Below are positions 1 to 10,259 of a DNA stretch of 54,194 bases, piece after piece. Origin of the DNA: Malassezia furfur. Its lineage: Eukaryota. Below the pieces are notes generated by a model that worked only from the letters and a program-made list of their open reading frames with translations, was not told where the DNA came from and did no database searches. The position numbers were made by a program, and so were the translations under genes. Every line of letters starts with the position of its first letter. The stretch's first letter is position 1. The stretch is from the NCBI GenBank assembly GCA_052055015.1, contig JBQJIT010000025.1; one strand, given 5' to 3'.

Positions 1-833
1 TGTACCTCGCGCTGAACGCCACGACCGGTGAGATGATCGCCGTGAAGCAGGTCGAGTTGCCGCGCACGAGCGCCGACCGCGACTCGAGCCGGCAGCGCGG
101 CGTGGTGGCTGCGCTGCGCTCGGAGATCGAGACGCTCAAGGATTTGGACCACCCCAACGTGGTGACGTGCCTTGGGTTCGAGCAGACGCTCGACACGCTC
201 AGCATCTTCCTCGAGTATGTCCCCGGTGGCTCGATCGGCTCGTGCCTGCGCAAGCACGGCAAGTTTGACGAAGACACGGTGAGCTCCTTCTTGAACCAGA
301 CGTTGCAGGGCCTCGCGTACCTGCACAAGCAGGGCATCCTGCACCGCGACCTCAAGGCAGACAACCTCCTCGTCGACTTCCAGGGCACGTGCAAGATCTC
401 CGACTTTGGCACAGTGCGCCGCAGCGACGACATTTACAGCAATGTCGAGGACATGTCGCTGCAGGGCAGCATCTTCTGGATGGCGCCCGAGGTGATGGGC
501 CTCTCCCGCAAGGGGTACAGCGCCAAGGTCGACATCTGGAGCCTGGGATGCGTCGTGCTCGAGATGCTCGCGGGGCGCCGCCCGTGGTCCGATGAGGAGG
601 CGATCCAGGCCATGTTCAAGATCGGCGCCGAGCGCCGTGCGCCCCCCATCCCGGCAGACTGCCACCCGTCGAAGCCTGCAGCGCACTTCCTGCGCAACTG
701 CTTCGAGATCGACCCGGACCGCCGGCCGACGGCGGCACGCCTACTCGAGCATGTATTTGCCTGGCCGTCGCCCGACTACAGCTTTGAGCGCTCCGCGCTC
801 TACCAGGCCCTCCACAAAAACTCTGTAGATTAA
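1..833 (+). CDS. BCK1: MAP kinase kinase kinase, Bck1/Mkh1-like, C-terminal kinase domain (5'-partial, begins upstream of the window)
   Basis: Frame open from base 3 (YLALNATTGEMIAVKQV); HRDLKADNLL, KISDFG, SLQGSIFWMAPEV and GYSAKVDIWSLGCVVLEM match the STE11-family Bck1 subgroup; stop TAA ends 833. Confidence 0.85.
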   Translation, partial: YLALNATTGEMIAVKQVELPRTSADRDSSRQRGVVAALRSEIETLKDLDHPNVVTCLGFEQTLDTLSIFLEYVPGGSIGSCLRKHGKFDEDTVSSFLNQTLQGLAYLHKQGILHRDLKADNLLVDFQGTCKISDFGTVRRSDDIYSNVEDMSLQGSIFWMAPEVMGLSRKGYSAKVDIWSLGCVVLEMLAGRRPWSDEEAIQAMFKIGAERRAPPIPADCHPSKPAAHFLRNCFEIDPDRRPTAARLLEHVFAWPSPDYSFERSALYQALHKNSVD

Positions 834-905
834 ACCGCAGCGCCGCCTCTTCGGCCGGCCGGTGGCTGAGTCAGCGTAGACCCCCTCCTTCTTCCAGCCG
901 CGAGG

Positions 906-3750
906 ATGAGCGGTGCGGCAGGCGCGGGCGCCGTCGGCGTTCAGGACGTGCTGAATGCACTGCAGCAGCTGTACCATGATCCGAATCCTTCCGTAAAGTC
1001 GGCAGCGAACGAGGCGCTGCAGCACTTTCAGAAAACGCAGGAGGCGTGGAGCACGGCCAACGCGCTGCTGCTCACGCAGGACCTGCCGCTCGAGTCGCGC
1101 CTGTTTGGCGCACAAACGTTCCGCAGCAAGGTACGTGCGCGCACACAGCTCACACCAGATTACATTCGATCTCCAGCAGCTCCCGCTCGATGCGCAGCTG
1201 TCGCTGCGCGACACGCTCATCGATGCGCTGGCGATCTATGCCACCGGGCCGCGCGTCGTACAGACCCAGTTGTGCCTGTCTCTCGCGGCGCTCGCACTGC
1301 AGCTGCCAGAGAGCCACTGGCCCAACGTGGTGCCTGGCATGATCGACCGGTTTGGCAAGAGCCCCGACACGGTCAACGTCCTCCTCGAGTTCCTCTCGGT
1401 GCTCCCTGAGGAGGTCGCCCAGAACCACCGCATCCCGGTGAGCAACGCAACCTACCATGAGCGCATGCCGCAGCTCCTTACGCAGCAGGCCACGGTCGTG
1501 CTGGAGCTCCTTTCCATGTACATCCGCGCTGACGGCGTTACGACCTCCATCCAGGAAACCATCTTCCACTGCCTGCGCAGCTGGCTCAAGGCCGGCGAGG
1601 TGTCGGCGAACCAGCTCGCCGCCACCCCGCTCCTCCCCCTCACGTTCGAGGCGCTCGAGTCCGATGCGCTCTTTGACGTCGCGGTGGATGTGCTGTGCGA
1701 CTTGATTCACGAAACCCAGGAAATTGACGAAAACCAAGCAGTGATCCAGATGTTGCTGCCGCGCATCCAGGCGCTGCGTCCCGCGCTCGTCCAGGCGGGC
1801 GACGACGAAGACCGCGTCCGTGGACTGTGCCGCATCTTTGTACAGGCGGGCGAGACATACCACACGCTGTTTTTGCAGCACACCAACGAGCTGCTGCCCA
1901 TTGTGCAGGCGATCCTCGAATGCGCGTCGTACCATGACCTGGACATTGTCCAGATCACCTTTCGCTTCTGGTACCTGCTCGCGACGCACGTGCATAAGGC
2001 CGCAGCGGAGCACAACCCCGCCGTCGTGCCGTTCCGCGAGGTGTACGAGCAGCTGTTTGCGATCATCATCCGGCACCTGCACTTCCCCGACGAGGAGCTC
2101 ACGGGCCAGGAGCGCGACGACTTCCGCTCCTTCCGGCACTACATGGGCGACACACTCAAGGACTGCTGCTACGTGCTCGGTGCCGAGGCGTGCTTGGCGC
2201 GCTCGCTTCACATGATCGAGACGGCACTTGCGGAAGAGTCGCCGACGCTGCGCTGGCAGGACATCGAGGCGCCGCTCTTCTCGATGCGCTCGATGGGTGC
2301 CCAGGTCGACTTGCGCGAGAACGACGTCATCCCTCGCATCTTTGCCATCATCCCGCGCCTGCCGCCGCACCCGCGCCTGCGGTACGCTGGGCTGCTGGTG
2401 CTTTCGCGCTATACCGAGTGGGTGGAGCAGCATCCTGAACGCATCCCCGAGGTGCTCACGTTCATCACCACGGGCTTTGACCGCTCCGACAAGGACATCT
2501 CGGCGGCGGCCGCGCAGGCCATGAACTTTTTGTGCCAGGACTGCAGCGACCACCTCGCCCCCTACTTTGGCCAGCTGCTCGATTTTTTCCAGTCGATCAA
2601 GGACCAGTTGGCCGTCGACGACCTGCTCGCGATTGTCGAGGCGATTGCACACGTCATTGTCGCGATGCCGTCCTCGGAAGCGATCGAGTCGCTCGTCCAG
2701 TTCACGCAGCCGCTGCTTGAGAACGTCCACGAGATTACCCTGCTCCCGTCGCCGAGCAAGCCCGACTTGATGCGCGCCGCCGACCGTATGGAGCAGCTCG
2801 CCCGGATCCTGCAGGTGATGGGCGTGTCGCTCGCGAGCGCCCTGCCAGACTCGTGCGCTGCGACGTGCTCGGCCGCGTACGGCATCCTCGACCGCCTGCT
2901 GGAGCAGCACGGGAACGCATACTTCATTTCGGAGCGCACCTCGGCGCTGATCCGCCGTGCGCTCATCTTCTTCGGTGCGCGTGCCGAGCCGACCTTGCCG
3001 GCGCTGCTGGAGCGCTTTGCGAGCTGCTTTGAGAGTACGGGCTACTCTGGCTACGTCTGGATCATTGGCAAGTCCATCGACCAATTCGGATACCAAGCCG
3101 GTGGGCAGCTGCACAGCCTGCTGGCACATGCGTTGGAGCGTGTCAGCACCAAGGTCGTGCAGCTCCTGCATGCGACCCCGCCCGACCAGCTCAGTGATGT
3201 ACTTGACGATTATCTCCACACCTGCTTGGTGACCGTGCAGACGGCGCCGGGCATGCTAATTGCCGCGCCCATATTCCCCCATGCCGTGCAGACCGCGGTG
3301 ATTGCACTGGGCGCGGTGTCTCCGGCTGTGCACGGCATCGCGTCCGACTTTCTGCGTGCCCTGTTTGAGCTGCCGGGCACGCCGGCGGGCGCAGGCTACC
3401 TCGACCCCGTCCGCCAGGTGGTGGCCGAACAGGGTTTCACAGTGTGCCAGGCGATGCTGCGCGGGCTGGTCACCTACTTCCCCCCCGAAAACATGCCAGT
3501 GGTGGTCGGCACGATCAAGGCGCTGCAGCCGCTTGCACAGGACGCCCTGCTCGCCTGGCTCGCGGCCGCGGCCGAGCAGCTTCCGCCGTCGGCCGTGTCG
3601 CAAGAGGACACGGTCAAGTTTGTGCAGTCGCTGCAGAGCGCGCCGTTCGGCCCCGAGCAGATCAAGCCGAGTCTTGTGGTGCTGTACGGCGCATCACGCA
3701 AGTCGCGCGAGCGTGCGCGTCTCGATAAAGAGGCCGTAGGTAATACATAA
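906..3750 (+). CDS. MTR10: Transportin-SR / importin-beta family nuclear import receptor (Mtr10/TNPO3)
   Basis: Exon 1 906-1130 (VLNALQQLYHDPNPSVKSAANEALQHFQKTQEAW); 28-nt intron 1131-1158 (gtacgt...ctcacaccag) joins in frame to ITFDLQQLP; DDFRSFRHYMGDTLKDCC and WQDIEAPLFSMRSMG are Mtr10-type motifs. Confidence 0.9.
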
Positions 3751-3752
3751 GA

Positions 3753-5126
3753 CTATTCCACGCCGGATTCCTGCGTAAACTCGATGTGCTTGGCAATGTC
3801 GCTCTGCGTCACGGACGGGCGCACTGCGTGGATCGCCTTGATGAAATCGTTCAGCACCAGCTGCGGCTCGACCAGCTCGTCGGACGCCACGTCGGCCCAC
3901 GACATCTCGATGGCGTCCGCGTCGCCGGGAGAGCACGGCGTGTAAAACGTCTTGCCATCCTCGCTGGGCAGCTTTTTAAAGTGCGTCGCATTCATCACGC
4001 GGCGCACGGGCTGCATCAGCGCCTCGCGCACGAGCACGGCAATGTCCGAGCCCGAGTAACCCTCGGTCTGCTCAGCAAGGTCGCGCAGATCCTTGGGCGT
4101 GAGGTTGCAGGGCGTCGAGCCAATGTTGAGCTCAAACATGCGCCGCCGCGCATCCAGGTCCGGCAGCGGGATGTAGACGCGCTTCTCGAACCGGCGCTTG
4201 ATGGCCACGTCAAGTGCCCAGGGAATGTTGGTCGCACCCAGCACGAGCACGTCGGTCTGGTCGTCGTTGCCCACGCCGTTCATTTGTACCAGGAACTCGG
4301 TCTTGATACGCCGCGACGCTTCGCTCTCGCCCTCGGAGCGGGTGCCGCACAGCGAGTCGACCTCGTCGATGAAGATAATCGATGGGCGCGCCTCGCGCGC
4401 CATCGCAAACAGCTGCTTGACCAGGCGCTCGCTCTCGCCCATCCACTTGGACACCAGGTCGGAACTCGACACGCTGAAGAACGTCGAATTGGATTGCGTC
4501 GCAATCGCCTTGGCCAGGTACGACTTGCCGGTCCCCGGCGGGCCGTACAGCAGGATCCCACTCCACGGCTTCCGCTTGCCCGTAAACAGCTGCGGGAATT
4601 TGATCGGGAGAATAACGGCCTCCTTGAGCGCATCCTTAGCGGTCGATAGTCCCGCGACGTCGTTCCAGCTGACGTTGGGGCGCTCCGACAAGATCACGCT
4701 CGAGAGGCCCGAGCGCAACTTCTTCGTCTCTGCATCAATGCTTTCCTCGCCGTCGTCTGCCGACTTGGTCGCGCCACCGCCCGACCCCGCTTTGCCCGAT
4801 TCGCCGTCGTTGTTCTGTGCCTTGGCGAGGTGTTCCTTGAGCTTCTCGGCACGGTCCAAATATTCCACAAACTTGGCCCGGATCAGTGCCTTGAGCTTCT
4901 CGTTTTTCTCGTCTGGATCAGCACACGCACGTACACTTCATCGCCATCATGAAGTAGTCGAGGCTGTTTTGGTACTGAACGTACGCCTCCTGGTAGTTGT
5001 GCTTGACATCCTCGTCAATCGCACGCTGCACGATATCGATCGCCCGCTTACGGTCAGCACATTGGTACACACATCCAAGAAGTCGCCTTGTCCCCTGGGT
5101 TAGTGCCTCGTTCGTGCAACGTACAT
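3753..5126 (-). CDS. VPS4: AAA+ ATPase Vps4 (MIT + AAA domains; ESCRT-III disassembly)
   Basis: Walker A GPPGTGKS, Walker [27 protein letters not shown] domain restored by introns 5124-5095 (30 nt), 5072-5047 (26 nt) and 4934-4913 (22 nt), giving [21 protein letters not shown]...[30 protein letters not shown]. Confidence 0.95.
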
Positions 5127-8100
5127 GTTGGTTCGCCGCCGTAGCGGTGGAGGAACGTGCCAAGAAGTGGAGGTTCCCTCGACCGTCCGCGTTGCGCAGC
5201 CCGAGGGAATGAGCGAGGTGCAAACAGAGCCTGCGCAAGTCCGCCCCTCGGACGAGACATCCACAAGCGCACCGGCGCCCGAGCGCCCCAATGTGCGCAG
5301 TCAGTCGGAAGACACGGGCACATCCGGCGTGCACGCGGCGTCGCAATCGCGCGATGCTCCCGCGGCGCGCAAGGGAGGCAAGCTGCGTACATTTATGCGC
5401 GGGCGGGGCAGCAACAACGAGGCCGTACGTACTGTACCTCCCCCGTCTGTGATTGGGGAGCTGCAGACAGGTCTGTTGACCGTCGCAATGATCACCATGA
5501 CAATGGACCGCGACGAGCACGACAATCCACGTATCCCCGTCCTGCTGCAGCAAGTACAGGTCAAAATCAGCGACGTGGTGCACACCAGCTACTCGGGTCA
5601 CACATTGTATCGCATTGAACTGACATATGGCGCGGATATGCTGCGATGGGTCATTTACCGCGAGGTGCGCGACTTTTTCAACCTGCACACCTATTTCTAC
5701 ACGCAGAGCGTCAGGGGCCACCTGGGCAAGACGGTCAAGCTTCGTGGGGCGGGCGACAACGATGGCGATCTGCCGTCCTTCCCGAAATCGCTCTTTACCG
5801 GAATGCTCTCGCTGCAGCGCGGGCGGAACCAGTCGAGCTCAGAGGGCAAAGAACGCAGCATGGTTACGGAACGCGAGACACGCGAGGCACTTGAGCACTA
5901 CCTGAAGCGTCTGATTCATGGCGTGCAGTTCAAGGCGCAGGCGAATCGTCTCTGCCGGTTCTTAGAGCTAAGCTTCATGGCGCTGCAGATGGCCAACATG
6001 CAAGGCGCGTTGGGCAAGCAAGGCTACCTGCAAATCCGTTCGCGCAGCTCGCACAAGCGCTCGCTTATCCTTGGCCGCCTGAGCGATGATTTCCGTGTAC
6101 CCAAATGGTTTATTGTGCGCGAGAGCTACATTCTGATCGTCGAGGACCTGTTCGATTTGAAGGTGCACGACGTCTACATCATGGACCAAGAGTTCCAGGT
6201 GGAACAAAGCCGGCACTTTCGCAAGCACGTGGTCGAGTACGGCCCGGGCGACAGTGAAAAGGAGCCGTCGTACAGCAACGAAGAGACGCAAGACCGCACC
6301 GGTGCCACGGTGCATCACTACGTCAAGCGCCATTCGTTCTGGCTCCGCAACGCCGAGCGCAAGCTCAAGCTGGTCGCACCGAGCGAGCGCGAGATGGAGC
6401 AGTTTATCATGAGCATCAAGTGGGCCGCAGGGCGCAACCAGTTTGGGCGCCCGAACCGTTTCAACAGTTTTGCGCCGATCCGGCGAAATGCACGCGCACA
6501 GTGGCTGGTCGATGGCCGCGACTATTTCTGGATGGTCTCAGAGGCGATTTCACAGGCGCGCGAGCGCATCTACATCCACGACTGGTGGCTCTCGCCCGAA
6601 TTCTACCTACGCCGGCCGGGCACGGAAGAGTGGCGGCTGGACCGATTGCTCCAGCGCAAGGCCCGCGAAGGTGTGCATGTCTATGTGATCATCTATAACG
6701 AGGTTTCCAACCAGTTCACGCCAACCGACTCGGGCTACACCAAGCAGCGCCTCATGTCGCTCCACCCCAACATCTTTGTACAGCGGTCCCCCTCGCACTT
6801 CCAGACAGGCACCTTCTACTGGGCGCATCACGAGAAGCTGTGTGTGGTGGACGAGATGATCGCATTCATGGGCGGCCTGGACCTGTGCTTTGGCCGCTGG
6901 GATACTGCCACCCACTCGCTCGTGGATGATCCGCACGTGAATGGCCCCATCGAGGTGGTGACGGACCCCAACTTTATCGGCCCCGTGGCAGACGGCGCCG
7001 AGATCGAGATATGGCCCGGCCAGGATTATGCCAATGAGCGCATTGCTGAGTGGCACACGCTCACCAAGCCCGAACTGGACATCATCCCGCGCGAGCGACA
7101 GCCACGTATGCCGTGGCATGACGTGAGCACGCAGATATTTGGGCAGCCCGCGCGCGACCTGTGTCGCCACTTCTGCCAGCGGTGGAACATGCTGCTGCGC
7201 AACAAGAAACACACGCGGCGCATGCCCTTCTTGATGCCCCCACCTGACTTGACCCCCGTGGAGATGGAGAAGTACGGCGTGAAGGGCACCTGCGAAGTGC
7301 AGATCTGCCGCTCGGCGGGTCCCTGGAGCCTGAACACGCCCAAGACGGTGGAGCATTCCATCCAGAACGCCTACTTGAAGACGATTCAGCTCAGCGAGCA
7401 CTTTATCTATATCGAAAACCAGTTCTTTGTGACCTCGACTGCAGCTCAGGGCGTCCACATCGAGAACAGTATCGGTCTTGCGTTGGTGGAGCGCATCGTG
7501 CGCGCCCATCGCGAGGGGAAGCCGTGGCGTGCGGTGATTGTCATCCCGCTGACGCCTGGCTTCCCCGAGGCCTACGACAACCCAGAGAGTGGCTCAGTGC
7601 GCATTATCCAGATGCTCCAGTACCTCTCGATCAATCGCGGCCCCAACAGTATCTACAGCCGGCTCGTGCGTGCTGGCGTCGACCCACAAGAGTACATCCA
7701 GTTCTTCTCGCTGCGTGGCTGGGGCCAGCTGCGCAACGGGCAGCTCACGACCGAGCAGGTATACATCCACGGCAAGCTGCTGATTGCCGACGATCGTATT
7801 GTCATCATGGGCAGTGCCAATATCAACGAGCGGAGCCAGCGTGGCGACCGTGACTCGGAGCTGGCATGCGTTATCCGCGACGAGGAAATGATCGACTCGA
7901 CCATGGCCGGGGAGCCGTTCCAAGTCGGGCGCTACGCACACACGCTGCGTGTGCGGCTCATGCAAGAGCACCTGGGTATCGATGTCGACCAGCTCGAGCT
8001 CGATTCACTGAACCCCAGTGCCAGTCCCAAGTCGTCGTCCGAGTTGAAGACGCCCAGGATGGACCCCGTATCGCCGGCCACACGCCGGCCACGCACGTCC

Positions 8101-8556
8101 CGGGGGGCGTTTGCTCCGCCGTTTCCGCGTCCCAACATCCCAGTCGAGCTGTTCGAGGACCCGCTTGCGAACGAGTTTTACCACGACGTCTGGTCAAGTG
8201 CCGCGGACTACAATATGGCCGTCTTCCGCCAGGTGTTCCAATGTGTGCCGGACGACGACATCAAGACATGGGCGGCGTACAAGGCCAGCCGGATCTGGGC
8301 AAACCGTCTGTCCCGCTCGCTTTGGCACCAGCCTCCCAACGGTGGAGGCAATGAAGAGGCACAGTGGGCCGGTCCCACGCCGTCGCCCGACGTGGACGTC
8401 TTCTCCGCACGCGAGGTCAACCAGATGGTCGCGCTGCTCCACACGTGCTGTGGCCACCTGGTGCACCACCCGCTGCACTTTTTGGAGCAGGAGGCGGCCG
8501 CGAGTAACTTCTTGTTCCCGCTGGACCATATGAACCCCATCTCGGTATTTGACTAG
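5125..8556 (+). CDS. SPO14: Phospholipase D (Spo14/PLD1 family; PX-PH plus two HKD motifs). True start may be the ATG at 5209
   Basis: HHEKLCVVD and HGKLLIADD HKD motifs, IYIHDWWLSPE, RMPWHDV, IYIENQFF, GSANINERSQRGDRDSELA; uninterrupted ORF. Confidence 0.92.
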   Translation: MLVRRRSGGGTCQEVEVPSTVRVAQPEGMSEVQTEPAQVRPSDETSTSAPAPERPNVRSQSEDTGTSGVHAASQSRDAPAARKGGKLRTFMRGRGSNNEAVRTVPPPSVIGELQTGLLTVAMITMTMDRDEHDNPRIPVLLQQVQVKISDVVHTSYSGHTLYRIELTYGADMLRWVIYREVRDFFNLHTYFYTQSVRGHLGKTVKLRGAGDNDGDLPSFPKSLFTGMLSLQRGRNQSSSEGKERSMVTERETREALEHYLKRLIHGVQFKAQANRLCRFLELSFMALQMANMQGALGKQGYLQIRSRSSHKRSLILGRLSDDFRVPKWFIVRESYILIVEDLFDLKVHDVYIMDQEFQVEQSRHFRKHVVEYGPGDSEKEPSYSNEETQDRTGATVHHYVKRHSFWLRNAERKLKLVAPSEREMEQFIMSIKWAAGRNQFGRPNRFNSFAPIRRNARAQWLVDGRDYFWMVSEAISQARERIYIHDWWLSPEFYLRRPGTEEWRLDRLLQRKAREGVHVYVIIYNEVSNQFTPTDSGYTKQRLMSLHPNIFVQRSPSHFQTGTFYWAHHEKLCVVDEMIAFMGGLDLCFGRWDTATHSLVDDPHVNGPIEVVTDPNFIGPVADGAEIEIWPGQDYANERIAEWHTLTKPELDIIPRERQPRMPWHDVSTQIFGQPARDLCRHFCQRWNMLLRNKKHTRRMPFLMPPPDLTPVEMEKYGVKGTCEVQICRSAGPWSLNTPKTVEHSIQNAYLKTIQLSEHFIYIENQFFVTSTAAQGVHIENSIGLALVERIVRAHREGKPWRAVIVIPLTPGFPEAYDNPESGSVRIIQMLQYLSINRGPNSIYSRLVRAGVDPQEYIQFFSLRGWGQLRNGQLTTEQVYIHGKLLIADDRIVIMGSANINERSQRGDRDSELACVIRDEEMIDSTMAGEPFQVGRYAHTLRVRLMQEHLGIDVDQLELDSLNPSASPKSSSELKTPRMDPVSPATRRPRTSRGAFAPPFPRPNIPVELFEDPLANEFYHDVWSSAADYNMAVFRQVFQCVPDDDIKTWAAYKASRIWANRLSRSLWHQPPNGGGNEEAQWAGPTPSPDVDVFSAREVNQMVALLHTCCGHLVHHPLHFLEQEAAASNFLFPLDHMNPISVFD

Positions 8557-8599
8557 CATAGTCATGCACGTACATAGGCGAACTACTACGCTACATCCT

Positions 8600-10024
8600 T
8601 TACTTGGCGACGATCTTCTTGAGCGCCTCCATCGAGAGCGACTTGGGGCGCTCGATGGGGAGACCCAGGATACGGTCGAACACGAGCTGGGGCAGCGCAC
8701 CAATGCCACGCGAGATACCGAACAGCACCGTGTAGAACTTGAACTGGTCAAGACCGTACGAGTAGAGCACACAGCCCGAAGCGGCGTCCACGTTCGGGAA
8801 GGGGTTCTTGGTCTTGCCGTGCTCCTTCAGAACAGGGGGAGCGAGCTGCGACAGGCGCTGCACGAGCTGGACAAGCGAGTCGTCCTTCAGCTCAGGGCGC
8901 GTCTCGCAGAACTTGGAGAGCGCCGTGAAACGGGGGTCGGGCTGGCGCAGCACGGCGTGGCCGTAACCGGGCACAACACGGCCGCTCTTGAGCGTCTTCC
9001 AGAGGTAGTCCTGCACCTCCTTGTCGCTGGGGCGCTCGCCGACCTCGCGCTGCAGCTCAAGGAACCAGCCGAGCACCTCCTGGTTGGCCAGACCGTGCAG
9101 GGGGCCAGCGAGACCGTTGAGACCCGCGGCGTAGGCCAGGTAGGGGTCCGACAGCGCCGAGCCGACCAGGTGGGTCGTGTGCGCCGAGACGTTGCCACCC
9201 TCGTGGTCGGCGTGGATAGCAATGTACAGACGGAGGTAGTCGATCAGACCCTCCGAGTCGCCAAAGCCGATCTGGTGGCTGAAGTTCTCGATCAGGTCCT
9301 TGGACGGGTCGATGGCCTGCTTGCCGTCACCCTTGCCGAACACGTTGTAGAAGATGCGCGAGGCAATGGTGGGGAGCTTGGCGATCAGGTTGATCGAGTC
9401 CTCGAGCGTGGGCTCCCAGTACTCGGTCTTCTTGATGCCGCGCGAGTAGGCCTCAGCGAACTTGCTCTCGTGGTTCAGCGCAGCAACCGCCGAAGAGAAC
9501 TGCGTCATGGGGTGCAGCGTCTTGGGGAAGCTGTCAATGATCTTGATCAGGTAGTCGGGGAGCTTGCCCAGGTCAGCGAGCTGCTGCGAGAGCTGCTTCA
9601 CCTCCTCCACGGTGGGGGCCTTGCCGGTCAGAATAAGCCAGAGCATCGACTCGGGCAGAATCTCGTTGCCGGTGCGGCCAATGTCGCAGGCCTTCGGGAG
9701 CTCCTTCTGCGACTCGGGAATGCTGCGGCCATGGAAGGTGATACCGCTCTCGGCGTCGAGCACGGAGCCCTCCCAGAGCATGCACTTCAGGCCACGCATA
9801 CCACCGATCAGGTTCGCAACCTTGACCTCACCAAGCGACGACTCGGAGTAGTTGGCCTTGATCTCGGCCAGCTGCTCGCGCTTCTCGGGGACAATCTCCG
9901 CAACGGCGTCGCGGAGCGTCTTAGTCGACGCGTAGCGCACAGAGGCCGCCGACGCAGCGGCAGCAAACTGGCGGGGGGCAGCGGCAGTCCGGAGAGCCGC
10001 GCGAGGGATAGTCAAAGAAAGCAT
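8600..10024 (-). CDS. CIT1: Mitochondrial citrate synthase
   Basis: ATG 10024 (MLSLTIPRAALR, presequence-like); HADHEGGNVSAH, GLAGPLHGLANQEV, VPGYGHAVLR, PNVDAASG, LPIERPKS. Confidence 0.96.
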   Translation of the reverse strand: MLSLTIPRAALRTAAAPRQFAAAASAASVRYASTKTLRDAVAEIVPEKREQLAEIKANYSESSLGEVKVANLIGGMRGLKCMLWEGSVLDAESGITFHGRSIPESQKELPKACDIGRTGNEILPESMLWLILTGKAPTVEEVKQLSQQLADLGKLPDYLIKIIDSFPKTLHPMTQFSSAVAALNHESKFAEAYSRGIKKTEYWEPTLEDSINLIAKLPTIASRIFYNVFGKGDGKQAIDPSKDLIENFSHQIGFGDSEGLIDYLRLYIAIHADHEGGNVSAHTTHLVGSALSDPYLAYAAGLNGLAGPLHGLANQEVLGWFLELQREVGERPSDKEVQDYLWKTLKSGRVVPGYGHAVLRQPDPRFTALSKFCETRPELKDDSLVQLVQRLSQLAPPVLKEHGKTKNPFPNVDAASGCVLYSYGLDQFKFYTVLFGISRGIGALPQLVFDRILGLPIERPKSLSMEALKKIVAK

Positions 10025-10259
10025 CGCGATGGTACGGGGCAACTCGAAGGCGCTTGGACTCGTTATAAGTAGGGAACGGTGTCTGATCGGGGCGAGCCAA
10101 TTGCAGTGGTCCACCGTGCACGCCGGCCGGCTTCTTACTCCCCAATTCCTGCTGCCGACGTCACGTGACACGGAGCTCTCCGGACTTACATCGACGTCTG
10201 CAGACACCACGTGGTCCCATCCGATTTGGCTCCCGCAGCACGGACCCGCTTGCCCCACA
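10025..10259. promoter_or_regulatory. Divergent CIT1/HEM4 promoter with E-box palindromes and CCAAT boxes
   Basis: GTCACGTGAC 10160-10169, ACCACGTGGT 10206-10215, CCAAT 10097 and 10142, CAGTGGTCCAC 10104-10114, between two divergent ATGs. Confidence 0.5.
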
